Made by a program: the position numbers and the translations under genes. Under the pieces are notes generated by a model that was not told where the DNA came from, made no database searches, and worked only from the letters and a program-made list of their open reading frames with translations. A DNA stretch of 64,000 bases from an uncultured Candidatus Saccharibacteria bacterium (GTDB lineage Bacteria; Patescibacteriota; Minisyncoccia; Phycocordibacterales; SIBU01): NCBI GenBank assembly GCA_964430335.1, contig CAYSEN010000001.1, forward strand, positions 1,653 through 65,652, read 5' to 3'. Shown piece after piece: positions 1 through 9,213 of this stretch (the stretch's first letter is position 1; every line of letters starts with the position of its first letter).

Positions 1-59
1 ATAAAATCAAACACGCTCTCAAAATTTTAGGAAAATAAAATGACCAGTGTAAACACTGG

Positions 60-275
60 TCACGAGTCATCTTTGTCCTTCATTCCCACCAAAGTGATTC
101 CGAAGACACAAAGAAACACTAGGCCGAAACACAATTCGGTATCTGGCTGACCAAACAGCTTGTCTAATGGCGGAACCACCTTACTGAGAGCGATGAGGAA
201 AACGACCCCGATAAAAAACCAACCGAGAATATTCAAACGCTTCAGGGATTGCATAAAATTACAGACTATTTTCAA
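60..275 (-). CDS. small hypothetical membrane protein (2 predicted hydrophobic helices)
   Basis: ORF track. Hydrophobic stretches are WFFIGVVFLIAL and LCFGLVFLCVFGITLV. A perfect 9-bp hairpin (tgaccagtg/cactggtca) lies at about 41-62, just 3' of the stop. No family recognised. Confidence 0.3.
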   Translation of the reverse strand: MKIVCNFMQSLKRLNILGWFFIGVVFLIALSKVVPPLDKLFGQPDTELCFGLVFLCVFGITLVGMKDKDDS

Positions 276-329
276 TACTACACATAAACGTCATTTGCTC
301 AAAGCTTTATTTAAAACTAAGATAATATC

Positions 330-1595
330 GTGGAAACAGTCATCAAATTCGCAAAAAAGTTACTGCCGAGCAAAGTAGTCTCAAAACTACTGCCTTTTTA
401 CCATTTTCTACTGGCAATAACTGGCGCAGTAATCTACCGCTTCCCTTCTAATTCTGTGAAGGTGGTTGCAGTTACTGGAACAAAAGGTAAAAGCTCTACA
501 GTTGAAATCGCAAATGCCATTCTAGAAGAAGCCGGATTTAGGACTGCAATATTGAGCACCATTCGTTTCAAAATTGGTAACGAAAGTAAGCCTAATCTTC
601 TAAAAATGACCACCCCTGGAAGATTTTTCGTCCAAAAATTTATACGCGATGCTGTAAACGCTAAATGTGATTATGTCGTTTTGGAAATGTCTTCTGAGGC
701 CGCAAAGCAATTCCGCCACAAATTCATTTCCTACGACGCTTTGATTTTTACAAACCTCTCTCCCGAGCACATTGAATCACATGGATCGTATGAGAATTAT
801 GTAAACGCCAAGCTATCAATCGGAAAGGAATTGGAAAAAAGCGGTAAACAAAACAGTGCGCTTGTAGTAAACGCTGACGAAAAAGAATCAGAAAGATTTT
901 TGAAATTAAAAATTCCTACAAAATTAAGTTACAGTCTTAACGAAAGCGCCTACAAAACCGAAAAAGGCAAAATTAGTTTTAATTTTGACGGCCAAGTGCT
1001 ATCCGCCCCACTCGAAGGTAAATTTAACATTTACAACTGTCTAGCCGGTGCCACCTACGCCAAAAGCCAAGGGATTGATACAGAGACCATAAAAAAGGCG
1101 CTAGAAAAAATAAAAATTATTAGAGGAAGAGTTGAGCACATAAACTGCGGTCAGGATTTCGATGTGGTTGTCGACTACGCCCATACCGCAGATTCCTTGG
1201 AAAAACTTTATCAAGCTTTTCCAAACCAAAGAAAAATTGCCGTGTTAGGAAATACAGGAGGAGGTAGAGACACTTGGAAAAGGCCAGTCATGGCGGAAGT
1301 TGCTGATAAATATTGCAACTACATCATTTTGACAAACGAAGACCCTTACGACGAAGACCCTCGTGAAATAATTAACCAAATGATTCCTGGGATTAAGAAT
1401 CACAAACCAGAAATAATTATGGATCGAAGAGGGGCGATTGAGGCCGCCCTTCGGGCGGCCTCCCCTTCCTCCGTTGTCTTAATCACCGGTAAAGGCACCG
1501 ACCCTTTTATCATGGGGCCAAATGGATCCAAAACCCCTTGGGATGACGCTACTGTCGTACGAGAAGAATTGAGTAAACTTCTAAAGAAAAAATAG
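330..1595 (+). CDS. murE: Mur ligase family protein, MurE-like (UDP-MurNAc-tripeptide synthetase)
   Basis: P-loop VTGTKGKSST, the DYAHTADSLEKL motif (MurE DYAHTPDAL) and the glycine-rich GNTGGGRDTWKRP (MurE GGDRDxxKRP). Shorter than typical MurE, so the MurE assignment within the Mur ligase family is tentative. Confidence 0.6.
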   Translation: METVIKFAKKLLPSKVVSKLLPFYHFLLAITGAVIYRFPSNSVKVVAVTGTKGKSSTVEIANAILEEAGFRTAILSTIRFKIGNESKPNLLKMTTPGRFFVQKFIRDAVNAKCDYVVLEMSSEAAKQFRHKFISYDALIFTNLSPEHIESHGSYENYVNAKLSIGKELEKSGKQNSALVVNADEKESERFLKLKIPTKLSYSLNESAYKTEKGKISFNFDGQVLSAPLEGKFNIYNCLAGATYAKSQGIDTETIKKALEKIKIIRGRVEHINCGQDFDVVVDYAHTADSLEKLYQAFPNQRKIAVLGNTGGGRDTWKRPVMAEVADKYCNYIILTNEDPYDEDPREIINQMIPGIKNHKPEIIMDRRGAIEAALRAASPSSVVLITGKGTDPFIMGPNGSKTPWDDATVVREELSKLLKKK

Positions 1596-1637
1596 CTTCT
1601 TCTTGCTTCTTGTTGGTCGATTAATTATTCTTTCACC

Positions 1638-2552
1638 ATGCCCGAATTACCTGAAGTTCACACAACAGCCACCATGCTAGATTCGCTCATTAAAAACGAG
1701 CGAATTGTTTCTGTTTGGACAATTTACAACAGCAAAAGTCATGTGGGCAAAGACAACATAAAAAATCCTAAATTTTTTGAAACTTTTAAAAAGGAAGTGA
1801 TAAACGGGAAATTCACAAACATTTACCGTAGGGGAAAAAATGTGTTGATGGAATTAAATAACGGAAAAACCATTTTAGTTCACATGAAAATGACAGGCCA
1901 CCTACTTTATGGCAAATATGCACTTTCAAAAAAGAATATCTGGGAAGCCAAAGAAAAAGGCCCTCTGCAGGACGCGAAAAATCAATTCATCAGATTTGTC
2001 ATCACGTTATCAAACGGCAAAAACCTTGTACTCTCTGACATGAGAAAATTCGCCAAAGTAACCGTTTATCCCACAGACAAAATACACTCCTCTGTTCACC
2101 TAAAGGATACTGGACCAGAGCCACTTGAAAAAAATTTTAATTTAAGTGTTTTTGTCGAACGACTGCAATTGAGACCAAACGGAAAAATTAAGCAGGTCTT
2201 ACTTGACCCAAAAATTCTTGCCGGCGTTGGGAATATTTATTCTGATGAAATGCTCTTTCTTTCCGGAATTCACCCCTTTAGTATTGTGAGAAAAATTCCA
2301 GAGAATAAATTTGGCGAGTTGTATAAAGCCATGAAATTGGTTCTTAAAAAAGGTATAGATTTTGGTGGTGATTCCACCTCTGACTACCGAAACCCGTTAG
2401 GAGAATTTGGAAAATTTCATCATCACCACCAAGCCTACAGAAACACAGGAAAAGCCTGCGAGATAAAAAATTGCAACGGAGTTATACAAAAGTTAAAATT
2501 TGGTGGTCGAAGCGCACATTTTTGCAACAAACATCAGATTTTATACAAGTAA
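1638..2552 (+). CDS. mutM: formamidopyrimidine-DNA glycosylase (Fpg/Nei family)
   Basis: N-terminus MPELPEVHT (catalytic Pro2/Glu3 signature of Fpg/Nei). C-terminal zinc finger CEIKNCNGVIQKLKFGGRSAHFCNKHQ. Confidence 0.8.
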   Translation: MPELPEVHTTATMLDSLIKNERIVSVWTIYNSKSHVGKDNIKNPKFFETFKKEVINGKFTNIYRRGKNVLMELNNGKTILVHMKMTGHLLYGKYALSKKNIWEAKEKGPLQDAKNQFIRFVITLSNGKNLVLSDMRKFAKVTVYPTDKIHSSVHLKDTGPEPLEKNFNLSVFVERLQLRPNGKIKQVLLDPKILAGVGNIYSDEMLFLSGIHPFSIVRKIPENKFGELYKAMKLVLKKGIDFGGDSTSDYRNPLGEFGKFHHHHQAYRNTGKACEIKNCNGVIQKLKFGGRSAHFCNKHQILYK

Positions 2553-2569
2553 ACTGATATAATATTTTT

Positions 2570-3517
2570 ATGCATGAAGATATAAAATGGCTATTTGGAC
2601 TAATCCTAATATTTGGACTTTTCTGGTTCATTTCGATGTTCTCAAAAACACCGATAAATCAAACTCAAGGTTCGCAGGAAACACAAAACCAGTTTTACGA
2701 AACAAGTAATCAAAACACTTATGGTTCAAACCCTGGCTATGGAACAACAAAACCAACTGCAACAGAGGAAATCGGCCAAAGCATAAAAAACGCCACAGCA
2801 AAAGCAGAAGAAATAAAGGCCAAGCTAGCAGAAATCGAGAGAGCTAAAAACACTTCCCCACTAAATGGGAAACTTTCACTTTCAAATGTATCGAGAGGTT
2901 CTGGAACTTCTGCTGGAGAATTTGCAGTTGTAAGAGCAAACCCTAACAACAAAGAAAAAATACTAATTACTGGACTAAGACTCCAAAGTCCGGTTTCAGG
3001 GCAAGGTGCAAATATTCCAAAAGGGGTGGCTTTATACTTTCAAAACCAAATCAACAAAGAAGAGCCCATATATTTAGCTCCAGGCGAAACAGCCTACATC
3101 ATTACCGGTCGTTCACCTCTTGGAACATCATTTAAACTGAACAAATGTACGGGATTCTTTAATCAATACCAAAGCTTTAATCCAGGAATTCCAAGCCGAT
3201 GTCCAAATCCCAACGAGTCTGACTTACCAAACAACGGCACAATATACAACGACGCCTGCCGAAGCTATATCAATTCTGTGCCAGGTTGCAGAGTAATCAC
3301 CGACACACCAGCAAACATTTCCCCTGAGTGTAAAAGATATGTCACAGAAGAACTGACTTATTTAAAATGTGTTGATAAATACAAAAACGGCTCAGACTTT
3401 TATGACCCTGAATGGCGAGTCTACCTAGGCAGAGATGACGGACTGTGGAAAAGCACAAGAGAAATCGTACAGCTGGTAGACCAAAATGGAAAAATTATAG
3501 ATATGGTTAACTACTAA
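2570..3517 (+). CDS. hypothetical membrane-anchored/secreted protein, cysteine-rich C-terminal domain
   Basis: N-terminal TM (LFGLILIFGLFWFISMF), a low-complexity linker and a C-terminal region with 8 Cys. No family recognised. Confidence 0.5.
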   Translation: MHEDIKWLFGLILIFGLFWFISMFSKTPINQTQGSQETQNQFYETSNQNTYGSNPGYGTTKPTATEEIGQSIKNATAKAEEIKAKLAEIERAKNTSPLNGKLSLSNVSRGSGTSAGEFAVVRANPNNKEKILITGLRLQSPVSGQGANIPKGVALYFQNQINKEEPIYLAPGETAYIITGRSPLGTSFKLNKCTGFFNQYQSFNPGIPSRCPNPNESDLPNNGTIYNDACRSYINSVPGCRVITDTPANISPECKRYVTEELTYLKCVDKYKNGSDFYDPEWRVYLGRDDGLWKSTREIVQLVDQNGKIIDMVNY

Positions 3518-3523
3518 TCAAAA

Positions 3524-3565
3524 TAAAACCGGCGCGACCAAGGGTTGCGCCGGTTTTATTGTAAC
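3524..3565. terminator. bidirectional rho-independent terminator between convergent genes
   Basis: GC hairpin ccggcgcgacc-aaggg-ttgcgccgg flanked by A-run and T-run. Confidence 0.7.
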
Positions 3566-4035
3566 AACCTAGAAATCCCGATACCGACCGTGATTGAAAT
3601 GTTTAGAGACTCTTTCTTCCCTTTCATCGGTATCTCAGCCACAACATCACACTTTTTTAATACAGATTGTGAAAGTCCTTCCACTTCATTACCAAATATG
3701 AAAGCAACAGGATTTTTTATTTTAACCTCTCGATAATCTACGGACTGCGAAGCTATCTCGAAGGCAACTTTGTAAACACCTTTTTTGTTTAGAAAAGAAA
3801 AAACATCAGCCATCTTTGGAAAATGCATCCAAGCAACAGTTTTCTCGGCACCCAACGACACCTTAGCAAAATCACTCCTCGCCCTACCAAAACGATCAAG
3901 AGGTGCGGGTGTAACACCAACCAAAATCACGCATGGCACACCAAGACAGTCAGCAGTTCTGAATATCGAGCCCACATTGTGCACGCTTCGCACATCAGAT
4001 AGGACTATGTAGGAATCGTAATTAACGTCATTCAT
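3556..4035 (-). CDS. SpoU/TrmH-class RNA 2'-O-methyltransferase (TrmL-like, 159 aa)
   Basis: SPOUT motifs HNVGSIFRTADCLG, FIFGNEVEGLS and IPMKGKKESLNISITVGI. Confidence 0.75.
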   Translation of the reverse strand: MNDVNYDSYIVLSDVRSVHNVGSIFRTADCLGVPCVILVGVTPAPLDRFGRARSDFAKVSLGAEKTVAWMHFPKMADVFSFLNKKGVYKVAFEIASQSVDYREVKIKNPVAFIFGNEVEGLSQSVLKKCDVVAEIPMKGKKESLNISITVGIGISRLLQ

Positions 4036-4112
4036 GGCCCAACCTTATCAAACCGAAATGAAATATCAAGCATGTGCATGCCTATTTAAATTACTTATGC
4101 TAAAATATTGAA

Positions 4113-4496
4113 ATGTTAAGCATTTTCCCAACATTATTTACTTACAGCCTAGTAGTACCTTTGGTTTTTAGAATTGTCATCGGATTGGTATTTCTAACTC
4201 TCGGTTATAAAAGTATCAAAAGCGGTCTGGTGTCACCTTCTCTCAGCACAAATCCTATTGTTTCTAAAATTGTTATTGCGGTAGAAATTGCAGGAGGAAT
4301 ACTGCTAATCATTGGCCTTTGGACACAAATTGTAGCCATGATTTTGTCTGCTCTTTCTTTGCTTGGAGTACTAAAGAAAAATCCTGAAGGAGCTGCTGTT
4401 GTAATTCCAAAAGAAGTACTAGCACTTTTATTACTAATTACCGCTTCTCTAATTTTTCTAGGACCTGGTTTCTACGCTTTTGATTTACCTCTATAA
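4113..4496 (+). CDS. small integral membrane protein (DoxX-like topology)
   Basis: Four hydrophobic helices in 127 aa. Family assignment is by topology only. Confidence 0.4.
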   Translation: MLSIFPTLFTYSLVVPLVFRIVIGLVFLTLGYKSIKSGLVSPSLSTNPIVSKIVIAVEIAGGILLIIGLWTQIVAMILSALSLLGVLKKNPEGAAVVIPKEVLALLLLITASLIFLGPGFYAFDLPL

Positions 4497-4545
4497 ACTT
4501 GAATTAAACTGGCTTTTGAAGTATCTTACTCATGAGTTTATTTAT

Positions 4546-4618
4546 GCGCCCATAGCTCAGTTGGTAGAGCACCTGCCTTTTAAGCAGAGGGTCGTAGGTT
4601 CGATTCCTACTGGGCGCA
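4546..4618 (+). tRNA. tRNA-Lys (anticodon UUU)
   Basis: Manual fold: acceptor gcgccca/tgggcgc, D-arm gctc-agttggta-gagc, anticodon stem cctgc/gcaga with loop cTTTTaa, T-arm gtagg-ttcgatt-cctac. No encoded CCA. Confidence 0.85.
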
Positions 4619-4626
4619 CAAGACGA

Positions 4627-4654
4627 AAAAATCCGGACTGCTCCGGATTTTTTC
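4627..4654 (+). terminator. rho-independent terminator after tRNA-Lys
   Basis: aaaaaatccgga-ctgc-tccggatttttt. Confidence 0.75.
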
Positions 4655-4659
4655 GTACC

Positions 4660-4705
4660 TGTGCGAGCCGGAGCCATGTTTCGCTACCAAGCGAAACGGG
4701 CGAGG
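4660..4705. repeat. 46-nt direct repeat, copy 1 (copy 2 at 4899-4944), hairpin-containing
   Basis: Identical tgtgcgagccggagccatgtttcgctaccaagcgaaacgggcgagg at both loci. Internal hairpin gtttcgc/gcgaaac. Confidence 0.8.
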
Positions 4706-4837
4706 CAAGGTCATGAAAATTTTCGAGTGGCGACGAGAAAATTATTCCTGACCACAGGCGAAATGACCAAGCAGGTCTAAATGACCTGCGTGTAGGAATC
4801 GAACGGCGGAGTATAAAATTTTCAGCAGAAAATTTTT

Positions 4838-4900
4838 CGAGCCGGTGACCAGACAAAACTTTTTGACGAAAAAGTTTTAGTCGAGGGAGATTTCCTATTG
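4838..4900 (+). ncRNA. conserved tRNA-trailing structured element (copy A; homolog at 62056-62120)
   Basis: cgagccGGTGACCAGACAA-[hairpin aaactttttg/caaaaagttt]-TAGTCGAGGgagatttCCtaTTG aligns with 62056-62120 cgaggcGGTGACCAGACAA-[hairpin atctacaaac/gtttgtagat]-TAGTCGAGGtcgaatCCctgTTG. Flanks are conserved and the hairpin base pairs covary. Confidence 0.5.
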
Positions 4901-4944
4901 TGCGAGCCGGAGCCATGTTTCGCTACCAAGCGAAACGGGCGAGG
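4899..4944. repeat. 46-nt direct repeat, copy 2
   Basis: Exact copy of 4660-4705. Confidence 0.8.
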
Positions 4945-5026
4945 AGGGGTCGCGAGTTTCGAGGCTGACGAGCCGAAGAAAACTTGTGACCACAAGAAAG
5001 TTCACTTAATGAACTATGTTTCTACC

Positions 5027-5428
5027 CTACTCCCTCCCAATCAAATAAACCCCGAGTAATTTTCTAAAATATTCCGTTTCGGGATTAAAACACGCTTCTT
5101 TTATATGCAATAAAGGATGTGACTCCGGTGAATACTCATAATGCGCTCGGATTTCTCCATCAATAAAAAGTCTAATGTGGTACTGAAAAATCTCTTTATC
5201 GATTTTTCTCATACTCAAAACCTCTCCGGGATCTTTCCATGCAATTTTTGCCAATTCAAAACCTTGGTCAAACAAATACGCCTCTAAATCCAATCTGTTG
5301 TAATTGGCGTTTAAATGACCTAGTAAATATTTTTGTCTGAAATCATGAAAACCCAATTTTTCAACCGTTCGTATGATCGGTGGCCAAACCTGATAGGCCA
5401 AATTCCAAAAGAATCGGATTTTTTCCAT
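5027..5428 (-). CDS. hypothetical protein
   Basis: ORF track only. No motif recognised. Confidence 0.4.
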   Translation of the reverse strand: MEKIRFFWNLAYQVWPPIIRTVEKLGFHDFRQKYLLGHLNANYNRLDLEAYLFDQGFELAKIAWKDPGEVLSMRKIDKEIFQYHIRLFIDGEIRAHYEYSPESHPLLHIKEACFNPETEYFRKLLGVYLIGRE

Positions 5429-5437
5429 ACAAGTATA

Positions 5438-6154
5438 TTACACGCTCAATATAAATCTCTCAAGACGACTAATAAAATCCACCTCCCCTCTGTGGGCATC
5501 GTGATAAATTGAAACCAGCTCTTGCGCAAATTTACTCAAATCATTATCACTAAAATTTTTCGCATATCTAAGCGCCTTGTTAAAAACAAAAGGGTTTAAA
5601 CCAGATTCGGTAGCGTTTTTAGTTTCTGATGAAATAATCATATTTTTAATCTGCCAAAACAAAATTCCAGAAATTTCCTCTGGTGTGGCCCCACTTCTTA
5701 TGGCTTTCTCATAAATTACCCAGAGTTTTTTCCTATTTCTTTCTCCTAAGGCATCGGCCAAAGCAAAGGTGTTAAATGGTTCAACTTTTTTTTCTTCTTT
5801 ACCCTCGAAGGACTGCACCTTATCGGCAAATTTACCGACCGCATCTAGAGTTTTTTTATCAACAACCTCGTTTATAAAAATAAATACGTTTTCTGAATTT
5901 TTTAGCAAATCCAGCTTTTCAATCACAAAATCTTTAATTTCCTTATTCTCAAAAATCCTGCTAGCAAGAACTATAAATTTTCTTTCAAAAAGCCCCTGTG
6001 AACCAAGAAATTCCTCAAACCTTCCTTCGCTCCAATTGTCCTGGTCAATCTTAAAAAGCTCGGCATCTGGTTTTCTTTTCTGCATAACCGAAACCAGTTC
6101 AAGCGCCTTCGCCCTAGCTGCGTCCATATTTTTTCCGTAAAGAAAATAAAGCAT
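5438..6154 (-). CDS. holA: DNA polymerase III delta subunit-like (HolA-like, short)
   Basis: N-terminus MLYFLYGKN resembles the delta-subunit start. All-helical C-terminus. Lies immediately downstream of polA. Tentative. Confidence 0.45.
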   Translation of the reverse strand: MLYFLYGKNMDAARAKALELVSVMQKRKPDAELFKIDQDNWSEGRFEEFLGSQGLFERKFIVLASRIFENKEIKDFVIEKLDLLKNSENVFIFINEVVDKKTLDAVGKFADKVQSFEGKEEKKVEPFNTFALADALGERNRKKLWVIYEKAIRSGATPEEISGILFWQIKNMIISSETKNATESGLNPFVFNKALRYAKNFSDNDLSKFAQELVSIYHDAHRGEVDFISRLERFILSV

Positions 6155-6203
6155 GAATGTTTGAAGTAACTATTTGTCTTTTCTAATGTCTAATTACTAG
6201 ATA

Positions 6204-8675
6204 CTACTTACTTTTCTCCATCTCTCCCCAGTTTTCTCCAACCTTCACTTCTACCTTGCAAACCACACCCTTGGTTTTTTCTGGTGAAATCACACTCTCC
6301 ATAATTTTTTTCGCCTCTGATATAAATTCACCTTCCGCACCTTTTTTAACTTCATAAACCAATTCATCGTGCACTTGGAGCAACAAGAAAACCTTGTCAT
6401 TCAAATTGTTTTTTTCAATGTACTGGTCTGCGTGAATCATCGCGATTTTAATAATATCCGCCTCCGTGCCTTGAATCGGCGCGTTAATAGCCATTCTCTC
6501 AGCTGCCGCTCTAATGAAAGGCAACTTTGAAGAAATTCCTGGAAAATATCTTCTCCTGCCAAAAAATGTTTCAGTGTAGCCTAACTTTCTTGTCTCAGAC
6601 TTTACATCTTCCAAATACTTGGCTAGGCCGGCAAACTTTGAAAAATAATCATTGTAAAATTTTTGAGATTCTTCTCTCGTTGTCCCCTCACCCAAATTCG
6701 CCCTAAGCGCATTTACACCCATTCCGTACATGACTCCGAAGTTGATGACTTTTGCCTTTCTTCTCATGTCAGGAGTAACCTTTTCAGGAGGTACACCGAA
6801 AACCTCCGAAGCCACTGCTGTGTGCACGTCCTCGCCGTTTTTAAAAATCTCAATCAATTTCTGATCGCCCGACAAAAAAGCAGCGATGCGGAGCTCAATT
6901 TGAGAATAATCAAACGCTACAAACTGAAAACCTTTGGTAGCCACAAAAGCGTTTCTGATCGCCCGGCCCAATTCCGTCTTGTTTGGAATGTTTTGCAAGT
7001 TAGGATTTTCACATCCCATTCTTCCCGTTGTTGTTCCAGCCTGCAAAAACTGAGCGTGAAGTTTTCCGTCTTTATCCACCATTTCAGGAATCGTGTCGAT
7101 GTAGGTTCCCAAAAGCTTTGAAAGTTCTCGGTATTCCAAGATCAAAGAAATTATTGGATGGACATCTCTTAGTTTCTCCAATTCAGATTCCTTAGTAGAA
7201 AGTGCTCCACCACTAGTCTTTTTCTGATTCTTGGCCTTAAGTCCAAGTTTTTCAAACAAAATCACACCGAGTTGCTTGGGAGAGCTAACGTTAAACTCCT
7301 CGCCGGCCAAACTCCAAATTTTCTTTTCAAGTCCAGCTAATGTTTTGTGATACTCCACCGACAATTCCTTAAGACGTTCTTTGTCTATAGCAATTCCCCG
7401 CTCTTTCATTTTAGAAACAACTGGCATTAGAGGAACCTCTATGTCGTTGAAAACTGAATTTAATTTATACTCGCTGAGTCTTTTTAAAATAATCTTTTCC
7501 GCTTCTTCAAAAGTTTTAGCACCTGTAAAATTCAAAATATCATCGAGCGTAGGATTTGTGGTGTTGGAATTGACCAACCACAAAGCAATAGCCACTCTCG
7601 CTAAATCTTTTGGATCCGGCGCTGGTATCGAGCTTGCAGAAGTTGAAAATAGGTTCTGAACTGGCGCTTCATTTTTAGTCTCCACTTTGTCACCCACTTT
7701 TGCACCGTTCTCCTTAGTTGAAGTTACACTTTTTCCGGAAAGTGCCTGTGTTAATCTCTGTCCCAGATTTCTAAACTCTAAGTCTGCAAAAATCTTTACG
7801 ATTTTCCCAATTTCAATACTTTCCTTCCACTCTTTTTCTGGCAAAACAAAATCGATAGGCGCGTCTCGTCGAATAGTGGCTAGCATTTTGCTAAACTCTG
7901 CTTCTTCTTCGTTGTCCTTAAGTAATTTAATAATGCGATCAGTAAGACCTGCTTTTTTAAAAGCCTTATCATCTTTTTTTAGACTTGCGTAAATATTTTC
8001 AACAGTGCCAAAGTTTTGTATCAAAATTGAAGCAGTTTTTTCACCGATCCCTTTAATGCCGATGATGTTATCCGAAGGATCTCCTCTTAGACCTTTGTAA
8101 TCTGGTAAGAGTTTAGGCGGAAAACCGAACCTTTTAACCACAGCTTCCTCGTCATAAAGGATCGTATCTTGAATACCTTTTTTCAACGTGTAAACCTGAA
8201 CCTTTTCATCGTCGACAAGCTGGAGTGTATCCATATCTCCTGAAGCAATTATAATGTCTGTTGGATTTTCACCTTCCTTTAGTTTTGAATTTCTATCATT
8301 TATCTTGTCGACAATTGTTCCTAAAATATCGTCGGCTTCAAAACCTTCCTTGTCATACATAGGAATTGAAAACGCTTCGAACACATCTCGAGATCTTTTC
8401 ATCTGAGAAACCAACTCAGGGTCTGCTTTTGCCCTCCCTGCTTTGTAATCTTTGTAAGCCTCGTGTCTGTAGGTCGGCTTTGGTAAATCGTACGCCGCCA
8501 CAATATAATCCGGTTTTAAATCAGCGATAATTTTTATTAACATGCTAGCAACACCATAAAGAGCGCCGGTAGGTTCACCTTTTGAACTGCTAAAGTCAGG
8601 TAGAGCATGATAGGCTCGATGCAATATCGCGTGAGCATCAAGTAACACCAGCCTTTTATTGTCATTTTTGGACAT
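6204..8675 (-). CDS. polA: DNA polymerase I (5'-3' exonuclease plus polymerase domains; apparently no 3'-5' exo domain)
   Basis: Motif A DYSQIELR, motif B RRKAKVINFGVMYGMG, motif C VHDELVYEV. N-terminal FEN-like LLDAHAILHRAYHA. Confidence 0.9.
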   Translation of the reverse strand: MSKNDNKRLVLLDAHAILHRAYHALPDFSSSKGEPTGALYGVASMLIKIIADLKPDYIVAAYDLPKPTYRHEAYKDYKAGRAKADPELVSQMKRSRDVFEAFSIPMYDKEGFEADDILGTIVDKINDRNSKLKEGENPTDIIIASGDMDTLQLVDDEKVQVYTLKKGIQDTILYDEEAVVKRFGFPPKLLPDYKGLRGDPSDNIIGIKGIGEKTASILIQNFGTVENIYASLKKDDKAFKKAGLTDRIIKLLKDNEEEAEFSKMLATIRRDAPIDFVLPEKEWKESIEIGKIVKIFADLEFRNLGQRLTQALSGKSVTSTKENGAKVGDKVETKNEAPVQNLFSTSASSIPAPDPKDLARVAIALWLVNSNTTNPTLDDILNFTGAKTFEEAEKIILKRLSEYKLNSVFNDIEVPLMPVVSKMKERGIAIDKERLKELSVEYHKTLAGLEKKIWSLAGEEFNVSSPKQLGVILFEKLGLKAKNQKKTSGGALSTKESELEKLRDVHPIISLILEYRELSKLLGTYIDTIPEMVDKDGKLHAQFLQAGTTTGRMGCENPNLQNIPNKTELGRAIRNAFVATKGFQFVAFDYSQIELRIAAFLSGDQKLIEIFKNGEDVHTAVASEVFGVPPEKVTPDMRRKAKVINFGVMYGMGVNALRANLGEGTTREESQKFYNDYFSKFAGLAKYLEDVKSETRKLGYTETFFGRRRYFPGISSKLPFIRAAAERMAINAPIQGTEADIIKIAMIHADQYIEKNNLNDKVFLLLQVHDELVYEVKKGAEGEFISEAKKIMESVISPEKTKGVVCKVEVKVGENWGEMEKSK

Positions 8676-8691
8676 AAAGCTATTGTAACAA

Positions 8692-9159
8692 CTATAGAGT
8701 TATTTTTCTCGTCTGGTCGTCAACAAATTCAAAATTCATTTTTATAGTATCGTCGGGCAATACATCGGCGACTAAATCTGCCCACTCAATCAAAATTAGA
8801 TTTTTAGGATTTTTTAAAATATTATCGATTCCCAATTTTCTCAATTCATCACCACCCTTCAAACGATAAGCGTCGATGTGTATCAAAGTGTCAAAACGAG
8901 AGTATGAAATTTTGTAAAATTTCATTATGACAAAAGTCGGGCTAGTGATTTGTTCTTTCACGCCAAAGGCCTCCGCTACATATTGCACAAAAGTGGTCTT
9001 ACCAGCGCCCAAATTTCCCACAAGGCCGACAACAGTGGCGCCACTTCTTTCACTTTCTACAATGATCTCACGTAAGGCCTCAACTGCCCCCTTGGTCTCT
9101 TCTAAACTTTTACTGAAAATATCCATAAGCGAAATTGTAGCATATACATTTTTTCCCAA
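8692..9159 (-). CDS. tsaE: tRNA threonylcarbamoyladenosine biosynthesis protein TsaE
   Basis: P-loop VGNLGAGKTTFV. Size and architecture of YjeE/TsaE. Confidence 0.8.
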   Translation of the reverse strand: MGKNVYATISLMDIFSKSLEETKGAVEALREIIVESERSGATVVGLVGNLGAGKTTFVQYVAEAFGVKEQITSPTFVIMKFYKISYSRFDTLIHIDAYRLKGGDELRKLGIDNILKNPKNLILIEWADLVADVLPDDTIKMNFEFVDDQTRKITL

Positions 9160-9213
9160 AAGAAAAAGGCACTTCGATAATCTCGAAGTGCCCGCGTAAA
9201 TTTTGAAGTTGGC

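Noticed and set aside
4557-4916. 119-aa minus-strand ORF
   Set aside because: It overlaps tRNA-Lys, where the translation includes the reverse-complemented T-arm (GIEPTT). It also overlaps the terminator and the direct repeats. It is an artefact of an ORF-free structured region.
4960-5000. CUGACGAG motif suggesting a hammerhead ribozyme (also at 16768)
   Set aside because: The following sequence lacks the obligatory stem II / GAAA / stem III arrangement, so no hammerhead core can be built.
6663-7992. Antisense ORFs inside polA (6663-7121, 7381-7659, 7687-7992)
   Set aside because: Embedded opposite a well-supported conserved gene. No independent signals.
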